A DNA stretch of 32,752 nt from Nanobdellota archaeon (GTDB lineage: Archaea; Nanobdellota; Nanobdellia; Pacearchaeales; UBA12030). This document shows positions 24,734 through 32,752 of the stretch, one piece after another (within the stretch, counting starts at the first letter, position 1; each line of letters begins with the position of its first letter). The stretch covers positions 13,344 through 46,095 of the forward strand of contig DUFK01000038.1 of the NCBI GenBank assembly GCA_013331945.1, in the 5' to 3' direction. The position numbers and the translations under genes were made by a program. The notes beneath the pieces were generated by a model. The model was not told the origin of the DNA, did not search any database, and worked only from the letters and a program-made list of their open reading frames with translations.

Positions 24734-27211
24734 ATGAAACTCGAATTCATCCCTCTCGATTACGATACCTTTTCGCTGGCTGGCAAGAGCTATATGAAAA
24801 TCTTCGGCAAAACCTCGCATGGCAAGAGCTGCTGCCTCATCGATGAATCAATCAATTTCTTCTATGTGCTTTCTGATGATCCTTACAAGCTTGCCGAGCG
24901 CGCGAGAAGAATTGCTGGAGTGCAGCGGGTAGAAGTTGTAAGCAAGAGCTATATGGAGAAAGAGGTGCGAGCATTGCGCATCTTCTGCGAGCATAACAAG
25001 ATGGATGATATTTCACATGAGATCAAAACTATTGATCCATCGGTCGAAACTCGGGAGAGAGATATAAACCAGGTAACACGTTACATCATCGAAAGAGGGC
25101 TGAAGCCACTTGTATGGCATGAAGTGGAGGGAGAGGAAATCGCAGAGGACGAAAGTACAAAATTCCTCGGTGTTGCAAATGCACTTGATGTCTCCTTGCT
25201 TCTGAAGGTGGAAAAAATCCATGAGCTGCCGCAAGATAAGCAACACCAATTCGTGCCGCGGGTCCTCGCATTCGATATAGAATCAGACGAATTTGAGCTC
25301 GGAAGGGGAAAGATCCTGATGATATCTCTTGTCGCAGATGGATTCCAAAAGGTGATTACATGGAAACAGATTCCGCACTCGGAGAGATATGTGGAGCATG
25401 TTGCGGATGAGGAGGAGATGATCCGCCGCTTCATTTCGTATGTGCAGGACTTGAGGCCAGATATCATCACAGGATATTTCACTGACGGCTTTGATTTTCC
25501 TTACTTGCGTGCGCGGGCGGAGAAGAATGGCATCGATCTTCGCTTAGGCATGGCAAATTCAAGAATTCTGTTCTCAAAGGGCAGACCTATGAATGCCTCT
25601 ATCAAGGGCTTGGTTCATGTGGACTTGCTAAAATTCATTGAGACTGTTTACGCGCAGTACATGCAATCTGAGACCCTGCGTCTCGACGATGTTGCCCGCG
25701 AGTTTCTCGGCGAAGGAAAGTTTGAGCATGAGCACAAAAAATCGCATGAACTTGCGGAAGAGGAATGGCATAAATTTTTTGAATATAATTTGCAGGATTC
25801 CATGCTAACCTACAAGTTATTCCACAAGCTTTGGCCAGACATCCAGGAATTTACTAGAGTGGTGCAAGAACCGCTCTTCACTGCGACAAGACAGAGCATG
25901 AGCGGACTTGTTGAGTCTTACATCATCCACAACCTGCATAGGTTCGATGAGATCGCAGAGCGGAGACCGATAGATGAGGAGATAGGAAAGAGAAGGATGC
26001 GCGAGAAATACGAAGGTGCCTTTGTCCTGCAGCCGCAGGCTGCCCTTTACGAAGACTTGGCCATCTTCGATTTCACAAGCTACTGGCCCTCGATCATTGT
26101 TTCCTTTAATCTGTCGAGGCCGACATTTCTTGGTCACAATAAACCGACAGGAAGCACAGGGCAAGAATTCGTTGAAGCTGAAATCGGAAAGGGAGAGAAG
26201 ACCGAGTACGTGTACTTCAGCAAGAAGCAAGGATTCATCTCAAAACTGCTTGGAGAGCTTATTGAATTCAGGAAGAAGTACAAAGAAGAGCTGAAACACA
26301 AGCCAGATGCGATCAAGAAAGCGAGAAGCAATGCTTTCAAGCTCCTGGCTAATGCATTCTATGGATATCAAGGATTTTTCGGGGCGCGCTATTATTGTCC
26401 TGAAGCGAGCGCTGCAACAACTTCAATCAGCCGTGACTTCATCAAGATGATCATTGAGAAGACCAATAAGGAAGGGTTTGAAGTCATCTACAGCGACACT
26501 GATTCGCTGGCTCTTCTTATGAATAAAAAATCAAGACAGCGAGCGCTTGAATTCCTAAAAAAATTGAATGGGGATCTTCCGGGTATCATGGAGCTTGAGC
26601 TTGAGGATTTCTTCAAGAGGGGTATTTGGGTTACCAAGAGGACTGGAGAATTCGGAGCGAAGAAGAAGTATGCACTCATCAACTGGGATGGAAAGATGAA
26701 GATAAGGGGATTTGAGACAGTAAGGAGAGACTGGTGTGCTCTTGCGAGGAAAGTGCAGAGCAAAGTGCTGCAACAAGTTCTGGATGAGGGCAAGCATGAG
26801 GTTGCGCTCAATTATGTGCAAGGGATCATCAAAGATATTCAGAAGAGAAAAATCAGCAAAAAGGAACTGATAATCAAAACCCAGCTCAAGAAACCGATTT
26901 CAGAGTATGAATCAGAGGGGCCTCATGTTGCTATCGCCCGCAAGATGCAAGAGCAAGGCCTTCCGGTAAATGTCGGGATGCTTATCGAATACTATGTGGC
27001 AGAGCCAAAAGCCGGAGATAAGAAATCAAAGGCGCGTGTACGAGATCGCGCAAGGCTTCCAGAGGAGGAGGGAGAGTACGATACAGAGTACTACATCAAA
27101 AGTCAGGTACTGCCGGCAGTAGAGAATATCTTCGAAGTCTTTGGTCTGCACGAGGGGGAAATCCTTGATGAGAAAGAGAAGCAGAGAAAATTGGAGAGCT
27201 TTTTTGGTTAG
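24734..27211 (+). CDS. polB: Family B DNA polymerase, single chain, no intein
   Basis: ExoI FDIES, ExoII GFDFPYL, ExoIII YNLQDS, motif A DFTSYWPSII, motif B KLLANAFYGY, motif C YSDTDS, KKKYA, RGFETVRRDW; PIP box QRKLESFF. Confidence 0.97.
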   Translation: MKLEFIPLDYDTFSLAGKSYMKIFGKTSHGKSCCLIDESINFFYVLSDDPYKLAERARRIAGVQRVEVVSKSYMEKEVRALRIFCEHNKMDDISHEIKTIDPSVETRERDINQVTRYIIERGLKPLVWHEVEGEEIAEDESTKFLGVANALDVSLLLKVEKIHELPQDKQHQFVPRVLAFDIESDEFELGRGKILMISLVADGFQKVITWKQIPHSERYVEHVADEEEMIRRFISYVQDLRPDIITGYFTDGFDFPYLRARAEKNGIDLRLGMANSRILFSKGRPMNASIKGLVHVDLLKFIETVYAQYMQSETLRLDDVAREFLGEGKFEHEHKKSHELAEEEWHKFFEYNLQDSMLTYKLFHKLWPDIQEFTRVVQEPLFTATRQSMSGLVESYIIHNLHRFDEIAERRPIDEEIGKRRMREKYEGAFVLQPQAALYEDLAIFDFTSYWPSIIVSFNLSRPTFLGHNKPTGSTGQEFVEAEIGKGEKTEYVYFSKKQGFISKLLGELIEFRKKYKEELKHKPDAIKKARSNAFKLLANAFYGYQGFFGARYYCPEASAATTSISRDFIKMIIEKTNKEGFEVIYSDTDSLALLMNKKSRQRALEFLKKLNGDLPGIMELELEDFFKRGIWVTKRTGEFGAKKKYALINWDGKMKIRGFETVRRDWCALARKVQSKVLQQVLDEGKHEVALNYVQGIIKDIQKRKISKKELIIKTQLKKPISEYESEGPHVAIARKMQEQGLPVNVGMLIEYYVAEPKAGDKKSKARVRDRARLPEEEGEYDTEYYIKSQVLPAVENIFEVFGLHEGEILDEKEKQRKLESFFG

Positions 27212-27212
27212 T

Positions 27213-28067
27213 TTACGAAAAAGCTGATCCGATACCATGTCTTTGGGCTATATACGTTTTACCAACTTTGTCTACTTTTTCTTTTGCTTCCTCAAAGCTA
27301 TCATTAGATTTGTATACCACATCTACACCCATTAAAGCATTATCAAGCGTAAGAGTATCACATCCTCTTCTCATTTGCATAGGGAATTGTCCATGATTAC
27401 GTAAATAGGTCTTAAACTCTCCTCCCAACTCTGCTTCGCGGGCTTTTTTGAATATAGCTAATGCTTCCTCAATCTCCTTCCTCATTGTCTCGTGTTCACT
27501 TTCTTTCTTAAACGTTAACCACGTTAACCTTTCTCTGGCGTGCAATTCCTCTTCTAATTGAGATTCATACTTTTCAAGCTTGGTTAGAAGCCCACTACAA
27601 ACACCTTCTGTGCCTAAGAATACCTTGTATACATCACTGTATGGAGATTCATGAAATGACGAATGCTCTCGAAAGTGAAAGACGTCTAAAGGGATGTAAT
27701 AGTTTACACCACTATTTCCCTCTGCAGCGAGAATCTGACTCCGATGATGATACAATCTATCACTTTCGGATAATATTTCTTCTATTTCTGAAGCAGTCCT
27801 AAAATCCCCAGGATATGGACCATGGAACATCCTTTTACAGAAATCAGGGGATAATTCATATCTACCATTACGAGCAAACCTAGAAATATCGCCTGTAGAA
27901 GTTATAATATTTACTTTCCACTGCTTATCTGCTTGTTCTTTGTTATATCTTCCGATAGGAGTTTCTGGGTCAAAAACATCTTCTAACATTTTGACACCAT
28001 CCTTATCATATCCAATACCAAAATAATATTTCAGATGTTTCCAAAATATTCTGGATTTAGCTTTCAT
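27213..28067 (-). CDS. Hypothetical protein
   Basis: 284-aa ORF with GGAG upstream, converging on polB; no family recognised. Confidence 0.75.
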   Translation of the reverse strand: MKAKSRIFWKHLKYYFGIGYDKDGVKMLEDVFDPETPIGRYNKEQADKQWKVNIITSTGDISRFARNGRYELSPDFCKRMFHGPYPGDFRTASEIEEILSESDRLYHHRSQILAAEGNSGVNYYIPLDVFHFREHSSFHESPYSDVYKVFLGTEGVCSGLLTKLEKYESQLEEELHARERLTWLTFKKESEHETMRKEIEEALAIFKKAREAELGGEFKTYLRNHGQFPMQMRRGCDTLTLDNALMGVDVVYKSNDSFEEAKEKVDKVGKTYIAQRHGIGSAFS

Positions 28068-28121
28068 CTTTATCTCCGAATTTATTCCTGATTAGTAGGG
28101 GCGATGAAATTTATTAATTAT

Positions 28122-28170
28122 TGTAGTCATCTAATATGACAACATTTAAATGGTAGTTGTTTCTTACTAT
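28122..28170. promoter_or_regulatory. Inverted repeats flanking the TATA of the TrmB-like gene
   Basis: tgtagtcat-N5-atgacaaca (28122-28144, one mismatch), tttaaa (28145-28150), gtagt-N8-actat (28153-28170). Confidence 0.5.
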
Positions 28171-28174
28171 TGAT

Positions 28175-28909
28175 ATGGCAGAAGTCAATTTGGAAGAATT
28201 AGGATTAACTAAAATAGAAGCAAAGGTTTACTTATCTTTGATTAAACTGGGTTCAACTACAACAGGACCATTAGTTAAGAAAACAGAATTGCATAGGGCA
28301 ACTGTTTATGATGCTCTAAAAAGATTGATGGAAAAAGGACTTGTAACTTTTATTATAAAGGAAAAGACAAAATATTTTCAAGCTACAAGCCCAGAACATT
28401 TTTTAGAATTGATTAAGGAAAAGAAGCACGAATTAGAAGAAAAAGAAAGATTAAGTCAAGAAATTGTTAAGAAATTACAACAAATTCAAGAGCAAGCAAA
28501 AATAAAGGAAAATGCGGGCATCTTTCAGGGGAAAAGAGGGGTAAAGACTATTTTTGAGGATATCTTAAGGCATAAAGAGTACTATTCATTAGCTTCTTCT
28601 GGAAAATTCAAAGAAGTTCTAGGTGTTTATTTTGATCAATTTCAAAGAAAAAAGAAGCAACGAAAGATTAAAGCAAGAATTTTGATTGATGAAAGCCTTA
28701 AAAATAGTGATTATGCGAGGGTAATACATGGAGAAGTAAGATTTCTCCCTAAAGAGTATAGCTACCCGACTGCAACTTTTATCTATGGTGATAAGGTTGC
28801 GCTTTTTGTCCTTACAGAATATCCAACTGCATTCTTGATAGAAAGCAAAGAAGTTGCAGAATCTTATAGAAGTTATTTTGATTTACTATGGAAGAGAGCA
28901 AAAGCCTAG
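28175..28909 (+). CDS. TrmB-family transcriptional regulator
   Basis: LEELGLTKIEAKVYLSLIKLG...HRATVYDALKRLMEKGLV (wHTH); C-terminal IYGDKVA...IESKEVAESYRSYFDLLW effector domain. Confidence 0.92.
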   Translation: MAEVNLEELGLTKIEAKVYLSLIKLGSTTTGPLVKKTELHRATVYDALKRLMEKGLVTFIIKEKTKYFQATSPEHFLELIKEKKHELEEKERLSQEIVKKLQQIQEQAKIKENAGIFQGKRGVKTIFEDILRHKEYYSLASSGKFKEVLGVYFDQFQRKKKQRKIKARILIDESLKNSDYARVIHGEVRFLPKEYSYPTATFIYGDKVALFVLTEYPTAFLIESKEVAESYRSYFDLLWKRAKA

Positions 28910-28914
28910 AACCC

Positions 28915-29619
28915 TCAGCGCTTCATCTCAACAACACTCTCTTTAGGGATGAAAGTCATCTTTCCAATTTCTACATGCCCATTATACGCATCCTCATACA
29001 CTTTCTTTACATCCTCAAGAAGGATGCTCTTCGGAAAATAGGGCGCATCAAGGCAGAATGTATCTGCATATCCTCCCTCAAAACCGATGTGGAACCCATA
29101 CTTCTGTGAATCCCTGATAAGAAGCAGAAAGTTCTCTTTTGTGATTTCCTTGCCTAGCCAATCCTTTAGCCCGTCAGAGGCAAATTGTGAGATTATGATT
29201 TTGTAACCTTTCTCAAGCATCTCCCATACAAGCTCCTCGTGAGAGTGGCCTGCATGTGCTGCAAAGGCTTCCACTTTGAGCGGGCGCAGAGCATTCTGCA
29301 AGCTCTTGATCTGAGTCTCTTGAAGGCCTACACCACCTAAAATGAGAGCATCCACTTTCTCTTCCTTGGCGACAGCATCTTTCACGAGCTCGGCCTCTTG
29401 AGCGGAATCTGCGATATCACACTCAATCCGTACATGCTTTATCCCCAGCATCTTCGCTACTTCTGCCGCATGCTGCGTAGTTGCATAATGGAAAAGGTAG
29501 CAATCCTTCCTTGTAGGAACTACGGTAAGCAAGTACGCGACTTCCCAGCCCTTTTCAAGAGCATGGCCAAGGGCGTATGCAGAATCCTTTCCACCCGAAT
29601 ATAAAATTCCGACTTTCAT
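28915..29619 (-). CDS. dph6: Diphthine--ammonia ligase (PP-loop ATPase)
   Basis: MKVGILYSGGKDS PP-loop, YLFH, WLGKEI, FEGGYADTFCLDAPYF; true start at ATG 29619. Confidence 0.85.
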   Translation of the reverse strand: MKVGILYSGGKDSAYALGHALEKGWEVAYLLTVVPTRKDCYLFHYATTQHAAEVAKMLGIKHVRIECDIADSAQEAELVKDAVAKEEKVDALILGGVGLQETQIKSLQNALRPLKVEAFAAHAGHSHEELVWEMLEKGYKIIISQFASDGLKDWLGKEITKENFLLLIRDSQKYGFHIGFEGGYADTFCLDAPYFPKSILLEDVKKVYEDAYNGHVEIGKMTFIPKESVVEMKR

Positions 29620-29638
29620 TTTTTTGGGGTTTCTTGTT

Positions 29639-29663
29639 GCACCTTCTTTGCTAAAGAAGGTGC
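29639..29663. repeat. Perfect 11-bp triloop hairpin related to the third hairpin of the 16369 element
   Basis: gcaccttcttt-gct-aaagaaggtgc versus gcgcttctt-cct-aagaaggtgc at 16421-16442. Confidence 0.7.
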
Positions 29664-29798
29664 TTTTATAAAAGTTTTCGTTTTTGGGCTTTCTGCTGCA
29701 AAAGGATTGGAGCAGAGCAAGCAAAAAGTAATTTAAAGGGATTTTTCCTTGCTGCAGGGAAAGAGAATAGAAATAGTATAGAAAAATAAAGAGGCAAG

Positions 29799-32582
29799 AT
29801 GCAAGACAAAAGGGCCATATCTCCACTTATCGCGACAGCAATCATAATCGCCATTACGATAACTGCCGGAGTGCTTCTTTATGCAGTTATATGGCCCATT
29901 TTGACCCAAAAGGTGACTGGAGATGCGTGCGCTGAATTTACTTTTTCCCTGGACCAGGATTCTTCGTGCACGATCGCCACGGGAGGGCAAAACGAGCTCC
30001 AAATCTCGATCGACAGAACTAAGAGCTCATCAAAAGAACCAAAAGCTGTTGCATGGCGCTTGATATTGGATGCGGATCGAGGAGAAAAAGTTTTATTCGA
30101 GAAAGAGTGGCAAGTCCATTCAGGAGAGCAGAGGAAATTTTTTGAGACCATAAGCAATGTTACGCTACAAAAGCTGGGTGGGAATATCACGAGCATAAGT
30201 GTATATCCCATCATCGAATCAAAGGGCACAAGAACCTCGTGCCAAGACTTTGTGAGAACAATTCAGAGAATGAATAAGTGTGTGTTCGCACTTGATTCAG
30301 ATGGAGATGGTGTTGGGAACACGCAGGATAATTGCCCTGCGCGGGGGAATCTAAATCAAAGAGATCTCGATGAGAACGGATTGGGGGATGCATGTGATAA
30401 TACAACTATATTCTTTGTCGCTGCGGATGGGAGCGATGCAAATGATGGAAACGAGAGCGCACCATTCAAGACGCTTGCAAAGGCGCGGGATGTGCTGCGC
30501 ACACGGATCTCAGTTGATATGAACTCATCAGCAGTCGTGGTGATTCGGGGAGGAAATTATAATATATCTGCGACTCTTTCACTAAATTACACTGACTCTG
30601 GAAAGAGTGGGCATAGAGTGATATGGAGAAATTATCCTGGAGAGACTCCGGTAATCTTTGGAAGTACTAGAATCACCACTTTCACTCCCTCAACCCAGCA
30701 AGGAGTCTTTGAAGCAAGTGCCCCGCAAAGCCTTTTTGCAAGTGGGAAGCTAGTCCTATACTGGAAGGGAGGACTGCTTGAGCCGGCAAGATATCCAAAT
30801 GCAGTAGTTCCTGATTTTACCGCAACAGATCCATGGCGAGGTGCATTCGTCTACGCAAATGCGTCGAGCAACTTAAGTGAGTTAGTAGTCTACTTCAACC
30901 ATACTGCGTTTGATTCAAGTACGTGGCAAGTGAATAATTCTCAAATCGTCATTTATACTGGATGGAATTACTGGAACGGATTCGGAAGGGTACAGAGCAT
31001 AAACTCATCGAATGGTACATTGCGTATAGCTAAATGGGGCACTGGTGCTTCGTATGCGATTACGCCGGGAAATCGCTTTTACATCCAGAACATAAGACAG
31101 CTTTTGGATGCACCCGGAGAATGGTTTTATGATAATGCAAGCGAGAAACTCTTGGTTTATCCTCCATCCGCATTTCAGCAAGGAGATTGGGCATCTGCTC
31201 CATCTACCGATCGTATCTTCTTAATAGATAATGCGTCAAATATGGAATTCAGGGGGCTGAAGATAAGCGAATTCCTTTTTGATGGGATACTTGTCAGGAA
31301 CTCCCACGACATCACGATAAGGGAAAATGAGATAAGCGATATCGGAAGCAATGAGAATCTTTACACAAGTGGCCCAAGGGTATCTGGAATAGGGATCAAT
31401 GCATACTCGGATGGGGTTGGAGATAGGAATTTTGAGAAAGTCGTGATTAAAGACAATAAGGTGCATAATATAGGTGCAATCGGAATAAAAGTTAGCAGTT
31501 GGTCCATGACATGGATTCCGGGACAGGATCGCACTAGTGATGGATATCATTTTAAGACGCTTGTTCCCGCGAACCATCAAGTTACTGGGAATAGTGTGTA
31601 TCACGTAGGAAAACTCTTCAAAGAATCTGCGATAGTCATGCGTACTGTGGGCGGAGTTGTTTCAAATAACACTATTTACGAGCTACCAAGAGTAGGAATT
31701 GTGCTTCAAGGAAACGACATGATGATAGAGTGGAACCATATCTACGACGTGAATCGAGAGACACAGGATACTGGAGGGATATATCACCTTGCAAGAAGCT
31801 GGCTTTATAGGAATAATACTCTCCGCCATAACCTTTTGCATGATATGGGGGGTTATGAATACAAGAGCCAAACCAACTCTTACCAATATCCTGGATTTTC
31901 GTGGGGACTCTATCCAGATGACTTTTCCAGCCAGTTTGAGATCCATGACAATGTGGTTGCAAGGACTGGCGGTGGATTTGTACAGATACATGCGGGAAGG
32001 GATAACTACATTCACGACAATATAGGGGTGGGAGGGAAAACAAGCCAGATGTATGCTCAAGGGGGATGGGGAGGAACTTCCTTTTTCTTGAATTACACCA
32101 AGAGCCTTGTCGGCATGTGGAGTGAGCTTGGAAACATGACTACGTGGGGATTTGATACCGCAAAGTATTATGAGAAATATCCTCTTTTGGCCAACGCGCC
32201 AGATCCAGAAACAATGAATGAGACCAGCGTGTATGACAACAACCGCTTTGAGAGAAACATATTATATTATCCTGGGAATGGAGTCTCTTCTGCATATTGG
32301 GTCAGGCATGTCGTCAATACCACTAATAACAGATTCACAAAGAATGTGATCTGGAATGGGAGTACAGGGCCTTCTCCATTCGTGCAGGATCCTGAAGCTT
32401 GGTTGCACGGAAGCAGTAACGGAAAGTACAGTTGGACCAAATGGAATTCCTTTGGCTTTGATGCAGATTCGATAATTGCAGATCCGCTCTTCGTGGATCC
32501 TGCGAATGATAATTATCTGCTGCAGCCAAATTCTCCCGCGCGGGCGCTTGGGCATCATGATATATTAGTTCCACACAAGTGA
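29799..32582 (+). CDS. Type IV pilin-like N-terminus + TSP3 Ca-binding repeats + GH141-like right-handed beta-helix
   Basis: KRA/ISPLIATAIIIAITITAG class III signal; DSDGDGVGNTQDNCP...DLDENGLGDACD; FVAADGSDANDG..SAPFKTL, ARYPN, LLDAPGEWFYD, QDTGGIY, GLYPDD, ADPLFVD. Confidence 0.85.
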   Translation: MQDKRAISPLIATAIIIAITITAGVLLYAVIWPILTQKVTGDACAEFTFSLDQDSSCTIATGGQNELQISIDRTKSSSKEPKAVAWRLILDADRGEKVLFEKEWQVHSGEQRKFFETISNVTLQKLGGNITSISVYPIIESKGTRTSCQDFVRTIQRMNKCVFALDSDGDGVGNTQDNCPARGNLNQRDLDENGLGDACDNTTIFFVAADGSDANDGNESAPFKTLAKARDVLRTRISVDMNSSAVVVIRGGNYNISATLSLNYTDSGKSGHRVIWRNYPGETPVIFGSTRITTFTPSTQQGVFEASAPQSLFASGKLVLYWKGGLLEPARYPNAVVPDFTATDPWRGAFVYANASSNLSELVVYFNHTAFDSSTWQVNNSQIVIYTGWNYWNGFGRVQSINSSNGTLRIAKWGTGASYAITPGNRFYIQNIRQLLDAPGEWFYDNASEKLLVYPPSAFQQGDWASAPSTDRIFLIDNASNMEFRGLKISEFLFDGILVRNSHDITIRENEISDIGSNENLYTSGPRVSGIGINAYSDGVGDRNFEKVVIKDNKVHNIGAIGIKVSSWSMTWIPGQDRTSDGYHFKTLVPANHQVTGNSVYHVGKLFKESAIVMRTVGGVVSNNTIYELPRVGIVLQGNDMMIEWNHIYDVNRETQDTGGIYHLARSWLYRNNTLRHNLLHDMGGYEYKSQTNSYQYPGFSWGLYPDDFSSQFEIHDNVVARTGGGFVQIHAGRDNYIHDNIGVGGKTSQMYAQGGWGGTSFFLNYTKSLVGMWSELGNMTTWGFDTAKYYEKYPLLANAPDPETMNETSVYDNNRFERNILYYPGNGVSSAYWVRHVVNTTNNRFTKNVIWNGSTGPSPFVQDPEAWLHGSSNGKYSWTKWNSFGFDADSIIADPLFVDPANDNYLLQPNSPARALGHHDILVPHK

Positions 32583-32665
32583 ACGCAGGAGATGATTTAG
32601 ATAGCCTGCGGGAAACATTTATATATTTCTAGGCCATTAAAAGAAGAGCAAAAATAGAGGGAAGA

Positions 32666-32717
32666 CGCTCGAAAAGCCCTGCTTTTCGGCGCGCCGGAAT
32701 GCAGGGCATTCCGTGCG
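32666..32717. repeat. Two adjacent triloop hairpins (REP-like element, copy 2, inverted relative to copy 1)
   Basis: cgaaaagc-cct-gcttttcg then cggaatgc-agg-gcattccg; 26 of 29 nt match the reverse complement of copy 1 across the second hairpin. Confidence 0.75.
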
Positions 32718-32752
32718 GGTATAAAAGTTCATTGTTATTTCTGAATAAGATA

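Noticed and set aside
24734-27211. Intein, split or inactivated PolB
   Set aside because: Continuous 825-aa chain with normal motif spacing and intact DTDS and exonuclease acidic residues.
29620-29826. N-terminal extensions in the ORF track (dph6; likewise 1860, 11279, 17228, 24665, 28157)
   Set aside because: They cross promoters or neighbouring genes, and the recognisable protein sequence begins at the downstream ATG.
8865-32574. Numerous short antisense or nested ORFs in the track
   Set aside because: They overlap well-supported genes and show no independent motifs or expression signals.

Overview
Archaeal chromosomal window, most consistent with a DPANN (Pacearchaeota/Woesearchaeota-like) genome. 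Support: FEN1 and PolB with PIP boxes, Dph6, Trm5, TrmB, TATA boxes, a class III pilin signal and Cys-rich surface proteins; the taxonomy is inferred, not searched. Housekeeping genes are htpX (partial), a HerA-like ATPase, trm5, fen/polB (head-to-head) and dph6. The main accessory element is an AT-rich, tightly coupled five-gene operon (1944-7574): a D12-class N6-adenine methyltransferase, a PLD/HKD nuclease-SF2 helicase, a 69-aa protein, a CxC-hook SMC-like ABC ATPase and a 161-aa Dnd-associated-like protein. This looks like a PbeABCD-type antiviral module paired with a methylase rather than phosphorothioation genes. Also notable: an intact exported peptidoglycan amidase, a pilin fused to a GH141-like beta-helix, a membrane-anchored split JAB/MPN protein, a PolB with motif A SYWP instead of SLYP, a dispersed triloop-hairpin repeat family, a 10-aa basic micro-ORF with full expression signals, and an intragenic 13x7-nt repeat. 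No rRNA, tRNA, CRISPR array, integrase or transposase was recognised.
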